NCBI GenBank assembly: GCA_963771465.1
Contig: CAVYTU010000013.1
Span: forward strand, 32,001 to 96,000
Reading direction: 5' to 3'
Length of the DNA stretch: 64,000 nucleotides
DNA from: an uncultured delta proteobacterium
GTDB taxonomy: Bacteria; Desulfobacterota; Binatia; UBA9968
Shown: positions 18,894 through 28,931 of the stretch, piece after piece
How the letters are laid out: each line of letters begins with the position of its first letter
Numbering within the stretch: the stretch's first letter is position 1
The notes under the pieces: model-generated
The model's input: the letters and a program-made list of their open reading frames with translations, nothing else
Told to the model about the DNA's origin: nothing
Database searches by the model: none
Translations under genes and position numbers: made by a program

Positions 18894-19745
18894 ATGAAAA
18901 TCTTGATCACCGGGGCGGCGGGACTTGTTGGCAGCCATTTGGCGCGGCGATTGGCTAACGAGCATCATGTGCTGGCTTTGCAGCACGCTGATCTCGATAT
19001 CACTGACCAAGAAGCCGTACGTCGTACTGTGATCGACGCCCAGCCGGCATTGATCATGAACTGTGCCGTGCTCCAGGTCGACGAGTCCGAGCGAAATTTG
19101 GCCAAAGCTCAAGCCGTCAATGTCGACGGACCGCGTTACTTGGCTGAAGCGGCGAGCGAAGTTGGCGCTGAGATCGTACACTTTAGCACCCAGTACGCTT
19201 TCGCCGGCGAGCCCCTCGAACGGACGCCGTATACGATTGACGATGAACCGAATCCGGTGAATGTTTACGGCAGGACGAAAGTTGCCGGCGAAGCGGCGGT
19301 GCGCGCCGCATGCGCGCGCAGTTATATCGTGCGCACGTCCTGGGTTTACGGCAGCGGCAAGAAAAGTTTTCTTTGCGACGTGCATCACGACTTACGCGCA
19401 GGCAAAAAAGTTCGCGCCATCGACGATATCTGGTCGAGCACGACTTATGTTGCCGATCTAATCGACCGGGTGATGACGATTCGTACGCTTGGCCGCTATG
19501 GCATTTATCACGTCGTCAACGGCGGCGTCTGCTCTTACTACGAATTCGCCCTCCAAGCGGGCCGCGTGCTCGGACTCGCGCGCGCGCAGATCGATGCGCT
19601 GATCGAGATCGCCCACGAGCGCGAAATGAAACGGATCGCCGCACGGCCGCGCTACACGCCGATGCGCTGCTTGCTCTCGGAGGATCTCGGCTTGCCACCG
19701 ATGCGCGATTGGCGCCCGGCGCTACGCGACTACGTTAGTTCATAG
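18894..19745 (+). CDS. rmlD: dTDP-4-dehydrorhamnose reductase family
   Basis: ITGAAGLVG, LDITD, PVNVYGRTKVAGE, RTSWVY and AARP motifs. Confidence 0.82.
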   Translation: MKILITGAAGLVGSHLARRLANEHHVLALQHADLDITDQEAVRRTVIDAQPALIMNCAVLQVDESERNLAKAQAVNVDGPRYLAEAASEVGAEIVHFSTQYAFAGEPLERTPYTIDDEPNPVNVYGRTKVAGEAAVRAACARSYIVRTSWVYGSGKKSFLCDVHHDLRAGKKVRAIDDIWSSTTYVADLIDRVMTIRTLGRYGIYHVVNGGVCSYYEFALQAGRVLGLARAQIDALIEIAHEREMKRIAARPRYTPMRCLLSEDLGLPPMRDWRPALRDYVSS

Positions 19746-19882
19746 CCTAGAGTCTGGAGTTTCGGTGTCGGAATCCGACGGCAGACGCTAGACAGCCAAT
19801 TCCAAACTTTCCCGCATTGACAGCCAGCTTCGCACCAGACTAGAAGAACAAAGCGCCAACACTCACGAAGGAGGATCTAGTC

Positions 19883-20926
19883 ATGTCGAACTTTCCGGTT
19901 ATCGATACCGACGGTCACGTGCTCGAACGACAGTCGGACATTCGCAAATACCTCGAAGAGCCTTGGGTCAAACGGCCGACTGGTTTGTGGCCGGGCGATC
20001 AGCCTTGGGATAACGATATGATGGACTCCTTCGAAATGGCGCGGTCGTGGAAGGGGTTGAGCGCCGCACAGCAGGTCGACAACTGGCACAAGATCATGGA
20101 CGAATATGACATCGAAAAAGCGATCTGCTTTCCCACCGGCTCAGGCAACATCGCCAAGAATCAGGAAGTGCCTTATCAAATCGCCGTTGCGCGCGCGGCG
20201 AACACGCAGTTCGCCAAGGAATTTAACGCACGTTCCGACCGATTGTCTTGCGTCGGCTGTTTGCCGATGCGCTCGCCCAAAGCCGCGGCTGAAGAACTGC
20301 GCCGCGCGGTGACGGAGTTGGGCTTGAAAGGTTTTGAAATCCTGCCGACCGGTTTGCCGCTAGCGCTCGGTGATCCGTTCTACGATCCGATTTACCAAGA
20401 AGCGGAGCGCTTGGGCGTTGTTCTCGGCATTCACGGCACACGCAACACTTCGCGCGAGCTGGGCACTTCGGGATTGTCGACCTTCGCTGAAGTTCACTCT
20501 TACGCGTTTCCCGTGGGTATCTTGCTCCAGTTCACCAGCATCGTCTGCCAGGGATTGCCAGTACGCTTTCCAAAACTGAAGTTGGCGTTTCTGGAAATCG
20601 GCGCGACCTGGCTGCCGTATTATCTCGATCGCTTGGATGAGCACTGGGAAAAACGCGGCGAGATCGAGATGCCGCTGCTGAAAAAGAAGCCCAGCGACCT
20701 GGTGCGCGAGTCGAAACTCTACTTCAGCGTCGAACCCGGCGAGTCGCAACTGGTTGCCACCGTCGACTACGTTGGCGCCGATCACTTTCTTTACGCCTCC
20801 GACATCCCGCACTGGGATAACGAGTTCCCGCATAATTTAAACGATCTGCGCGGCCACAAGCAGTTATCGAACGAGGCCAAGGAGAAGATTCTTTACAAGA
20901 ATGCGAAAGAGTTGTTCGCATTGTAG
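19883..20926 (+). CDS. Amidohydrolase_2 family protein
   Basis: IDTDGH, GIHG, FLEIGATW and YASDIPHWD motifs; AAGGAGG RBS. Confidence 0.88.
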   Translation: MSNFPVIDTDGHVLERQSDIRKYLEEPWVKRPTGLWPGDQPWDNDMMDSFEMARSWKGLSAAQQVDNWHKIMDEYDIEKAICFPTGSGNIAKNQEVPYQIAVARAANTQFAKEFNARSDRLSCVGCLPMRSPKAAAEELRRAVTELGLKGFEILPTGLPLALGDPFYDPIYQEAERLGVVLGIHGTRNTSRELGTSGLSTFAEVHSYAFPVGILLQFTSIVCQGLPVRFPKLKLAFLEIGATWLPYYLDRLDEHWEKRGEIEMPLLKKKPSDLVRESKLYFSVEPGESQLVATVDYVGADHFLYASDIPHWDNEFPHNLNDLRGHKQLSNEAKEKILYKNAKELFAL

Positions 20927-20931
20927 GATAA

Positions 20932-21927
20932 ATGATGAAAATAAATCGAATTACAGTTACCTGCTTATTTGCCTGCCTGATTCTTCAATGCCTTGCTGTT
21001 TCTGTTTTTGCCGCCGATACGATCCGTATCGCCTACAGCTCGGTCAACCCACACGCTTTGTTGGTCTCGCTGGCCGAAAAGCGCGGACTGTACGCCAAGT
21101 ACGGGCTTACGTCCGTGGTCGTTTATATTCCCGGCGGCAGCACGGCGATCCAAGCGATGGTGTCCGGCGATATCGATCTGGCTCAATTGACGGGTCCGCC
21201 GGGTGTTACCGCCAATCTGCGCGGCGCGGATATCACTTACATCGCGATGACCGACGACCGCATGGGTTATCAACTGGCAACGCGCGGAGAGATCAAAAAC
21301 GCCGCGGAGCTAAAAGGCAAACGCTTAGGCATCAGCCGGTTTTCATCGTCGTCGGATTTTGGCGTGCGGACACTTTTGCGCCGGCTTGGCATCGATCCGA
21401 AGGATGTGACGATCTTGCAGATCGGCAACGAGTCCGAGCGGCTGGCCGCGCTTAGATCCGGTAGCATCGACGGCTCGGTATTCAACGCGCCGTTCGGTGC
21501 CGTCGCGAAAAAATTTAACGTGAATATTTTAGCCGACGCCGGCGCATTGGGCATTCCCTATTTCAATACCGGTATGTGCGGCAGCGCCAAGTTGCTGCAG
21601 AAAAATGAAGGACGGATTCTCAACTTCATGCGCGCCTATGTCGAAGCGATCAAGATTTTCAAAACCGAACCCGAGTACACGCTCAAAGCGCTAGCGCAAT
21701 TCAGCCGAGTGAACGATCAAGAGCTTTTGAAAGAAGCCTACGAGTACAACAAGAACAGGATTCCCGACATTCCGTACCCGTCCTTGAGCGCCATGCAGGC
21801 AGTGGTCGATCCGTTGGTCGCCGGCGAGCCGAAACTTGGCAAGGTTGACGCGAAGAGTTTTATCAGCGACCGATTTCTCAAGAAGCTCGAAGAGGAAGGG
21901 TTCGTGCAGAAGTTGATGGGGCGGTGA
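20932..21927 (+). CDS. ABC substrate-binding protein, NMT1/SsuA-like
   Basis: Signal peptide, IRIAYSS and ELKGKRLGISRFSSSSDF motifs. Confidence 0.88.
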   Translation: MMKINRITVTCLFACLILQCLAVSVFAADTIRIAYSSVNPHALLVSLAEKRGLYAKYGLTSVVVYIPGGSTAIQAMVSGDIDLAQLTGPPGVTANLRGADITYIAMTDDRMGYQLATRGEIKNAAELKGKRLGISRFSSSSDFGVRTLLRRLGIDPKDVTILQIGNESERLAALRSGSIDGSVFNAPFGAVAKKFNVNILADAGALGIPYFNTGMCGSAKLLQKNEGRILNFMRAYVEAIKIFKTEPEYTLKALAQFSRVNDQELLKEAYEYNKNRIPDIPYPSLSAMQAVVDPLVAGEPKLGKVDAKSFISDRFLKKLEEEGFVQKLMGR

Positions 21928-21968
21928 CCAAGGTAATTATCCGCCGGTCGCGCAGCATAACTGTTGCA

Positions 21969-22002
21969 AAGGCCTGGCTTGGGTAAATCCCAGCCGGGCC
22001 TT
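21969..22002. terminator. GC-rich hairpin downstream of the SBP gene (terminator or REP)
   Basis: AAGGCCTGGCTTGGG-TAAAT-CCCAGCCGGGCCTT. Confidence 0.5.
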
Positions 22003-22107
22003 ATAATATTTGGACGATGAGCCAAAGCCGTTTGTAGTGTTCAGTACCAGGCAAGAAGAGAGCGATATTTTTCGCTGCTAGTTCGAATCCGCCAAGTCGC
22101 TCTCTAT

Positions 22108-23435
22108 TTGCTGGTCATTACATATATCGGGTGTACGCCGGTACCGCCGAAAGTAATCAACATAGCGAAACCTGAAGATTATCGACCGTCAACACCTGGT
22201 AACGTCAAAAGTGTGGAGCAAGCGATTGCGGCGGTAATGACTGCCGCCGCTGATTCGGGTCTTCCAAAGATTGATTCCCTGTCTTTGTGGCTCTACGAAA
22301 ATACGGAAGCATTCGCATACTGGGGCAAAGGAAATGCCAAAGTACATGAAGTCGCGAATGAAGCCGCGGTCACTAAAGGAAATTCAATACACGTCAACTT
22401 GGGATCGTCGGGGGGTACTCGTTGGGACTTGAGAATCGGTGAATTGGCTCATGAATTCGGTCACGTCCTTCACAATTCACTCGCAGGTAGCGATGTTAAA
22501 GCACCGGGTGGTTTAGAGAAGGTTTCGCCGAATGGGTGGCATCGAAAATTTTCGACTCACTCAAATGGCGAAGCGGAAGTTTGACGACCCAGCGGGCTTG
22601 GCGAGAATTAAGGTATGTTGGCTCATTCGACGGATCTGTTTTCCTCGATTATAAAAATTGGAAATTACGGTCAGAAAAACTAGGAGGATTTGTCGCGACA
22701 TACACGTTGGCTTTTGTGACCGTGGATCGATTGATCGGGACACACGGGTTCCCAGCCGCTATAGAATATCTAAAAACGGGTGAATTTGAGAAGAGCTTTG
22801 GTCAGTCATTCGCAGATTTCGAAACGGAGCTTGAAAAGTCTATAACTGAAAAATTGCGCGTGAGGGATGAATTTAGCGTCGGCAAACCGGAGTGGCTAGT
22901 TGGGTTCAGATGGAAGTACGAAGTGAATGAGTCTAACAAAATGTCGGAGCGCGTCGACGAGATTGTCGGTACAGCATTGACGGCACATGGACCTGCCTTT
23001 TTGCTGCGAGATGGCAGCGAAGAAACGGCTCGCAGCATGGAGGACATGGGAATTCTGGAAACAAGAAAGAATGGGACCATCATGAGCCGCTATGATAGAT
23101 CCGGTAGTCTCTTCACGTGGCCTCTCGTTGCCGGAAAGCAGTGGACAGCTACCTACAGTATCGAAGATATCGAGTCGAAGAAAACTCGCGCAGTACAACG
23201 GGTGAGGTTCGTTGCTGGTTCGGAATTAGTAAAAGTGCCCGCGGGTACTTTCAAGGCCGTGAAGCTTGAGTTCTACGCGCCAAGAACCGGAAGATTAATA
23301 GGCGAATACTGGTATTCTCCAGAAACCCGATGGTTTGTAAAAACGGTCTCATACGAAAGCGTGAACGCTTATTATCGGGAGGAACAGCTCGTTAGCTATA
23401 AGCTTGAGACTCAAGTCGCGGTTCCTAAGAAGTGA
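22108..23435 (+). pseudogene. Lipoprotein gluzincin-type (clan MA) peptidase with C-terminal beta-sheet domain, split by a 1-nt frameshift at about 22507
   Basis: ORF 22108-22584 has a YIGC lipobox and AHEFGH. The next frame continues WFREGFAEW (third Zn ligand motif) from 22509 into ORF 22536-23435. Visibly AT-richer than the flanks. Confidence 0.75.
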
Positions 23436-23457
23436 TTATTGAGCTTAGAATTAATGC

Positions 23458-24531
23458 TCAACTTCCGTTAGCTTTCCTCGCCGCGGCGATGTCTCCTTCG
23501 TTGAAGCGGTAAAACCGCACCGGATTGTCGTAGAGCATTTTGCGTTTGAATTCATCAGTAAGATCTTTGCGCGCTTTTAACGTCGGTAGGTCGCCGCCGA
23601 ATTGGTCGCGTTCGCGTTCGTGGGGGAAGTCGGAGGCCCACATGATGACGTCGTCGCGCAGCAATTTGACGACGTAGGGCGCGGTGCGTTCTTCGACTTC
23701 CATGGTGACGAAGATGTTGCCGCTCTCGAAGAAATGGCTCGGCGGATGTTTCAAGTGCGGCGCCAAACGCGCGGCGAATTTTTCGTAGTCTTCTTCCATC
23801 CTATCCATCATGAACGGCACCCAGCCGGCGCCGGCTTCCAAGTAGGCGACGCGCAGCTTGGGAAACTCCTGGAACACGCCTTGGAACATCATGTTGGTGA
23901 TATGCAGAAATAGACCGACGGGATGTTCGAGCATGTGCGCTTCGAGAAAGCTGCACACGCGGTCGAGCCCGAGATTTTGACTGACGCCGCCGTGGATGGT
24001 TAGCGGCACGTCGAGGCGCTGCGCTTCGTCGTAAATTTCATGAAACGTCGGCGAGCCGTAGAGCGGCGTGCGGTTATTGGTCGCTGACGGCAACAAGCCG
24101 GCAACGAATCCGAAATCCTTGACGCAGCGGCGCAGCTCGGCGGCAGCGGCTTTGGGGTCTTGCGGCGCCAGCAGGGCGACGCCTTTGAGGCGCGGCGATT
24201 GAGTGGTGAAACGGTCATGGAGCCAGTCGTTGTAGCCTTGCGCGAGGGCAGATGCCCAAGCGGGCAGTTGGATCATGCCCAATGCCAGCGCCGATGTCGG
24301 ATAAAGCACGGCCATGTCGATGCCGTGCTCATCCTGAAATTTTATCCAATGTTCAGCATCGGGATCTTCGCGCTTGCCCTTGCGCGCCAGGCCGCGCTGC
24401 CAGCCGTCGGCGTCGAACATCGGCCATGTCGAGTGCCAGTTCATCTCGGCGAAGTTGCCCTTGATATGGGCGAAGATGTCTTTGTGATCTTCCATGATGT
24501 GGCCGTCGGCGTCGATGATGAATTCTGCCAT
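23458..24531 (-). CDS. Amidohydrolase_2 family protein
   Basis: IDADGH, TIHGG, YLEAGAGW and WASDFPH motifs. Confidence 0.88.
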   Translation of the reverse strand: MAEFIIDADGHIMEDHKDIFAHIKGNFAEMNWHSTWPMFDADGWQRGLARKGKREDPDAEHWIKFQDEHGIDMAVLYPTSALALGMIQLPAWASALAQGYNDWLHDRFTTQSPRLKGVALLAPQDPKAAAAELRRCVKDFGFVAGLLPSATNNRTPLYGSPTFHEIYDEAQRLDVPLTIHGGVSQNLGLDRVCSFLEAHMLEHPVGLFLHITNMMFQGVFQEFPKLRVAYLEAGAGWVPFMMDRMEEDYEKFAARLAPHLKHPPSHFFESGNIFVTMEVEERTAPYVVKLLRDDVIMWASDFPHERERDQFGGDLPTLKARKDLTDEFKRKMLYDNPVRFYRFNEGDIAAARKANGS

Positions 24532-24560
24532 GCTGCCTCCTGATTTTCGTAGTTTAAAGA

Positions 24561-24633
24561 AAGATTTCTCCCTTCGGTCGAAATGACAGAAAAATCATCT
24601 TGTCATTTTCGGTGAACAAGCGAGAGAAATCTT
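24561..24633. repeat. REP-like palindrome pair
   Basis: aagatttctcccttcggtcgaaatgaca ... tgtcattttcg...gagagaaatctt. Confidence 0.75.
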
Positions 24634-24641
24634 ATGCCCGG

Positions 24642-25667
24642 CTATTGCATGAAGATCTTCTGATATTCCTTCTTTTTCTTTTCGTAGTCTTCCTTGCCGA
24701 ACTGGTACATCTGCACGAACTTGATCTTGTCGGCGTCCTGGAGCGGCGGATAGACGCCGCGACGGTTGACGAACTCGCCGGTGTCGGCCTGGATCTTCAT
24801 GCTTTCTTCTTCGAGAAAGAAATCGATAAATGCTTTGCCGGCGTTGGTTCGCGGCGCTTTGGCGGCGAGGCTGATGTACTGGCCGTCGCCGAGCATGTTG
24901 TAGTCGCGGACGTAGTCGAGACTGGCGCCTTGCTTATTGTAGGTGAGTACGAAGCGCACAAAGGTGATGCCGATGGGCGCCTCGCCGGTGCCGACCTTGT
25001 CGGCCGCCGGGACGATGGATTCGGCGAAGATCGGCTTGCTGGCCGCGAGATCGTGAATGAACTTTTCCGCGCGCGCCTTCGGCATGATCTTGTCGAGACT
25101 GCCAAGCCATTGAATGGTTAACGTGTGATTGACCGGATGGGGCATAACCAACTTGCCGCGATACTCCGGCTTGACGACATCTTCCAGCGTCTTCGGCGCC
25201 TCAGCGGCTTTGATGCCGGCTTTGTTGAAAATCACGCCGTACAGCACGTTGCGATAGCGCGCGCCAAGATTGGGATCGATGGCGTCTTTGGCGAAGCCTT
25301 TGAGCGACGGCGATTCGTATTTGGCGAATGCGCCCTCTTTGAACATGACCTGCATGTGATCGCCGGTGGTGGCGACGGCGTCGAACAGCGGCTTGCCGAC
25401 GCGATGCTCGCTCAGCACGCGGTCCATGACTTCGGTGGAACCGCCGCGCCAATACTCCATCTGTATGCCGGTTTTGCTTTCGAAAGCTTTCTTGAGCGCG
25501 TCGGCAGTGAAAGTCTCCATGGACGTGTAAAGAATAACTTTGCCGCCTTCTTTCTTCGCCGCGGCGACTGTTTGCGGTGACTGGCCGGATGCAGATTGCA
25601 CGCTGACGAGAAATAATGAGCCCAGAACGAGAAGCAATACTTTACACATAGCATGAAATCCTTTCAC
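24642..25667 (-). CDS. Extracellular solute-binding protein, Fe3+/polyamine-type
   Basis: AAKKEGGKVILYTSM, APKTLEDV.KPEYRGK and NAGKAFIDFFL motifs. Start may be ATG 25649. Confidence 0.87.
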   Translation of the reverse strand: MKGFHAMCKVLLLVLGSLFLVSVQSASGQSPQTVAAAKKEGGKVILYTSMETFTADALKKAFESKTGIQMEYWRGGSTEVMDRVLSEHRVGKPLFDAVATTGDHMQVMFKEGAFAKYESPSLKGFAKDAIDPNLGARYRNVLYGVIFNKAGIKAAEAPKTLEDVVKPEYRGKLVMPHPVNHTLTIQWLGSLDKIMPKARAEKFIHDLAASKPIFAESIVPAADKVGTGEAPIGITFVRFVLTYNKQGASLDYVRDYNMLGDGQYISLAAKAPRTNAGKAFIDFFLEEESMKIQADTGEFVNRRGVYPPLQDADKIKFVQMYQFGKEDYEKKKKEYQKIFMQ

Positions 25668-25737
25668 GCGGTTGGTTGGACCGAGGCACTCTTCGGCTTT
25701 TATCCAGCGCCATCGGCCAAGTCAAATTACCTCCCCG

Positions 25738-26721
25738 CTATTTCCCAGACAGTCGTTTAAAAAACCCTTCGCGTTCCAATTCGTCGACGATGCTTTCGTC
25801 GAGATAGCGGCTGATCGTCATGTCGACTTTCACCGCCGGGTTTCGCTGGGCGACGATTTCCAGGGTGTTGCGCAGGCCGTCGTGTGAAACGCGAGTGGGA
25901 AATGAAAAGCTTTTACCGAAATAGTTGTAGGTTTCTTCGACGGACTTGGGATTTTTGAAGCGCAGCCACTTGGATAATACAGCAACGCCTTTTTCTTTGT
26001 TGGTCATGAATTGATACACGCCTTCGGCGTAGGCTTGCTGGAAACGCTTCACCGTGTCGCGGTTTTTCTCGACGAAGGAGCGGCGCGCGACCATGACGTT
26101 CATTGGGAAAGATGAGCCTTTGACGTCACTCATCTTGGCGAACTCGTGCATGCCGACGCGGAACGCTTCGTTGATGTCGGGATAGGACAACATGGTGCCG
26201 TCGATCGCTTTGGCCGTGAGAGAAAGGATGCGCGCGGCGGAGTCGCCGGCAGGAAATATCGTCACCGACTGGCGCGGCACATTCCACGCCTTGAGCGCGA
26301 GCAACGTCGCCGTTTCGGTGGCGCCGCCGACGGCGAGGACACCAATCTTCTTGCCGATCAAATCTTCCGCTTTACGGATCTCTTTTTGGGTGACGAAACT
26401 GTAGGGAAACGAGTTGAGCGTGCCCGAGATCATTACCAAGTCCGCTCCCTGATTGATCGCATTGACCGCGGTGGCAGCGTCGACCTGAGCAAGTTGGATG
26501 CTGTTGCCGAGCAACGCCTGCAGCTGGCGCACCGAGCCGGAGAGAAAAACTACATCGCCGTTGAACCCGTATTTAGCGAACAGACCGAACTCCTTCGGCG
26601 CCCAGATCGGCGCCTGAAAACCGGCGAAGCCGGCGTAGGCGACGAGGTTGGTTTCTTGGGCGCGCGCGTTAGTGGCGAGGACGAGAAGAAAGAGAAGGCC
26701 AATAATCCATCTCTCGATCAT
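25738..26721 (-). CDS. ABC substrate-binding protein, NMT1/SsuA-like
   Basis: Signal peptide, GLFAKYGF, DLIGKKIGV and ELEREGFF tail. ATG 26721 follows GGAGG. Confidence 0.87.
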   Translation of the reverse strand: MIERWIIGLLFLLVLATNARAQETNLVAYAGFAGFQAPIWAPKEFGLFAKYGFNGDVVFLSGSVRQLQALLGNSIQLAQVDAATAVNAINQGADLVMISGTLNSFPYSFVTQKEIRKAEDLIGKKIGVLAVGGATETATLLALKAWNVPRQSVTIFPAGDSAARILSLTAKAIDGTMLSYPDINEAFRVGMHEFAKMSDVKGSSFPMNVMVARRSFVEKNRDTVKRFQQAYAEGVYQFMTNKEKGVAVLSKWLRFKNPKSVEETYNYFGKSFSFPTRVSHDGLRNTLEIVAQRNPAVKVDMTISRYLDESIVDELEREGFFKRLSGK

Positions 26722-26809
26722 GGCTTTGCCCTCCAGATTCGATGGGTATCGCTTTATTCCACCCAACCTGCACCGACGCAGCGGGTTTCGGTTTCGACAT
26801 TCGCAGTGC

Positions 26810-27556
26810 TTAGATCCCGCCGCGGTTCCAGGTTTTTCCCGCCTTGATCAGGTTGGCGTAGTAGTTCCATTCGGCCGAGTGGGACAAGCGTTGGCCGCGG
26901 GTAAGCAGTTTCTCCTTGCTGCTCGACAATTGTTCGATGAAATCGCCTGGCACGCCTTTGAAGCCGAACAGTTTCGCCGTCGTCATGATCTTGGCGGTGC
27001 GCTCCATGTACACGGCGTTCATGCAGGCTTCGTCAATCGACTTGCCAACGGCCACAATGCCGTGGCCCTTGATCATCATGCCGTTGGCATTGCCCAAGGT
27101 GCGGGCGAGATCGGCGCCTTCGTCGTCGTCCAAGATATAAATCGGCTGCGGATAGATCGGCACGCCCGTGCCGAAGCGCCCCGATTGCACATGCACGCAA
27201 GAAACTGGAGTGTCGGCGAGACTCATGGCGACGCAGGTCGACGCGTGACAGTGCACCGCGGCGTTGACATCGGGCCGCGCCTTGAAGATTTCCGTGTAGA
27301 TCACTGATTCGCGCGGTGGAGTGCCAACCCCGGCGAGTTTCTTCAGCCCGTAATCGAAATGGACGAGCCAGTCCTTTTTACCTTCTTCGGCCCGGCGAAA
27401 CAGCTGCACGGCGATACCCTTGTTTTCCGGCAGGCGCACGCCGACATGGCCCCAAATATCACCGATCTCCCACTCGAGAATTTTACAGCTGATGTGCAAT
27501 TCCACTTCGATGGTTTTGATGAGCGCACGAGAAGACTTGTTCTTGGTTTGTTTCAT
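26810..27556 (-). CDS. Class II aldolase/adducin family protein
   Basis: GHVGVR, EIFKARPDVNAAVHCH and KGHGIVAVGKSIDEA motifs. Confidence 0.87.
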   Translation of the reverse strand: MKQTKNKSSRALIKTIEVELHISCKILEWEIGDIWGHVGVRLPENKGIAVQLFRRAEEGKKDWLVHFDYGLKKLAGVGTPPRESVIYTEIFKARPDVNAAVHCHASTCVAMSLADTPVSCVHVQSGRFGTGVPIYPQPIYILDDDEGADLARTLGNANGMMIKGHGIVAVGKSIDEACMNAVYMERTAKIMTTAKLFGFKGVPGDFIEQLSSSKEKLLTRGQRLSHSAEWNYYANLIKAGKTWNRGGI

Positions 27557-27588
27557 GGATCGTTCCGAGTTGTCGATTGAGCACGTAG

Positions 27589-28884
27589 TTACGACGCGGC
27601 TTTTTTACGCGCAGCATAGGACATCGGGTTTTCCTTGTGCGCCGCGTCGGTCAAGAAGTCAAACTTCTTTTGCCAAGGCAGAGTGCGCGGCACCAAATGG
27701 GCGAAGCAATCGATGTGCGGGAACCAGTTCTGCGCTGGATCGAGCACCCGATGGGGCGGCTCTTTGCCGCCGTTAAGCTCCTTGGCAGTGTTGAGCAGAA
27801 ATCTGCGCACGGCGATGACCGCCTTGTCGCTGACGCCAAGATGTTCTTTAGTGCGGTCGAAAATCGCGCCCATGCTTTCGGTGGCGCAGCCGTCGTGATT
27901 TAGAAAATCGTCAATGCCGGTAAAGCTCGAAGTTTTCTGCTTGTGCCGGTCCTGCAAATAATTGTTACGTGCGTTGCGCACTTTCGTGTAGTCGGGATTG
28001 ATCTGTTTGCGTCGGTGGACTTCGTCGTCGCGCACGGCGCGGCCGCGATGAAAACCGATATCGTAGCGCCAGCAGTGGGTATCGTCGGCCGGCACATAAG
28101 TGTGAATCTCGTAACCTTCAAGTTCGTTGGTCTTGCGGCCAGCCGGGACGCAGCCGTAAACCGGCATGACGAACGCCGAGAACCGGACATAGTGCTGGTC
28201 TTCAAAGTTGCGCGTGGCGATCAAGCGCACGCCAAAGTCGGTATCGTGTGTTTCATAGACCGGCGCGGGATCACCTTTGTAGACCGGTTGGTTACTTTCG
28301 TTAGTAAAGGTCCGGTGCAGAAAAGATAGATGCGACGAATCACATTCGCCCTCCAGACCCTGGAGATAATTACATTCCAACAGACATTTCGTCACATAGG
28401 ATTGTTCCAGCGGCACTTGGGTCCATTCATAATTCGGAAACAACGGCATCTTTTCGCGTGGGCCAAGATAAGCGTAGATCACACCGTTAGCTTCATGGGT
28501 CGGATAGGCGGTGTGATGGAGCTTCTTACCGAAGTCACTGGCGCCAGGCTCCGCTGGAGTTTCCAAAACGTTGCCGTCGACGTCGTACTTCCAGCCATGA
28601 TAAACGCAGCGCAGGCCGCACTCTTCATTCCTGCCGAAAAATAGCGACGTGCCGCGGTGGGCGCAGTGTTCGCCGATCAATCCGATTCGTCCTTGGCTAT
28701 CCCGGAAAGCGACCAGCTCCTCGCCCATCAATTTGACTCGCACCGGCGCACAGTCGATTTGCGGAATCTCTTCGGACAACAGGGCGGGCACCCAGTAGCG
28801 CCGGATGAGATTGCCCATCGGTGTACCGGCGTTAGTTTGGGTGATTAACTCGTTATCTTCTTTGGACAACATGCCGTGCTCCAC
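27589..28884 (-). CDS. Rieske aromatic oxygenase alpha subunit (phthalate 4,5-dioxygenase/vanillate demethylase type)
   Basis: CAHRGTSL...CVYHGW Rieske motif and EGECDSSHLSFLH mononuclear Fe motif. Start 28884 or 28872. Confidence 0.9.
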   Translation of the reverse strand: MEHGMLSKEDNELITQTNAGTPMGNLIRRYWVPALLSEEIPQIDCAPVRVKLMGEELVAFRDSQGRIGLIGEHCAHRGTSLFFGRNEECGLRCVYHGWKYDVDGNVLETPAEPGASDFGKKLHHTAYPTHEANGVIYAYLGPREKMPLFPNYEWTQVPLEQSYVTKCLLECNYLQGLEGECDSSHLSFLHRTFTNESNQPVYKGDPAPVYETHDTDFGVRLIATRNFEDQHYVRFSAFVMPVYGCVPAGRKTNELEGYEIHTYVPADDTHCWRYDIGFHRGRAVRDDEVHRRKQINPDYTKVRNARNNYLQDRHKQKTSSFTGIDDFLNHDGCATESMGAIFDRTKEHLGVSDKAVIAVRRFLLNTAKELNGGKEPPHRVLDPAQNWFPHIDCFAHLVPRTLPWQKKFDFLTDAAHKENPMSYAARKKAAS

Positions 28885-28890
28885 TGAGGA

Positions 28891-28914
28891 ATTTCAGATT
28901 CCAAATTCCAGATT
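28891..28914. repeat. 7-bp tandem repeat
   Basis: atttcag attccaa attccag att. Confidence 0.6.
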
Positions 28915-28931
28915 GAAACATTTAGCAACGT

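Noticed and set aside
27577-27591. 15-bp identity (ttgagcacgtagtta) with the attC end at 57518-57532, also at a stop codon
   Set aside because: No L'/R' half follows, and about one or two 15-mer matches are expected by chance in 64 kb.
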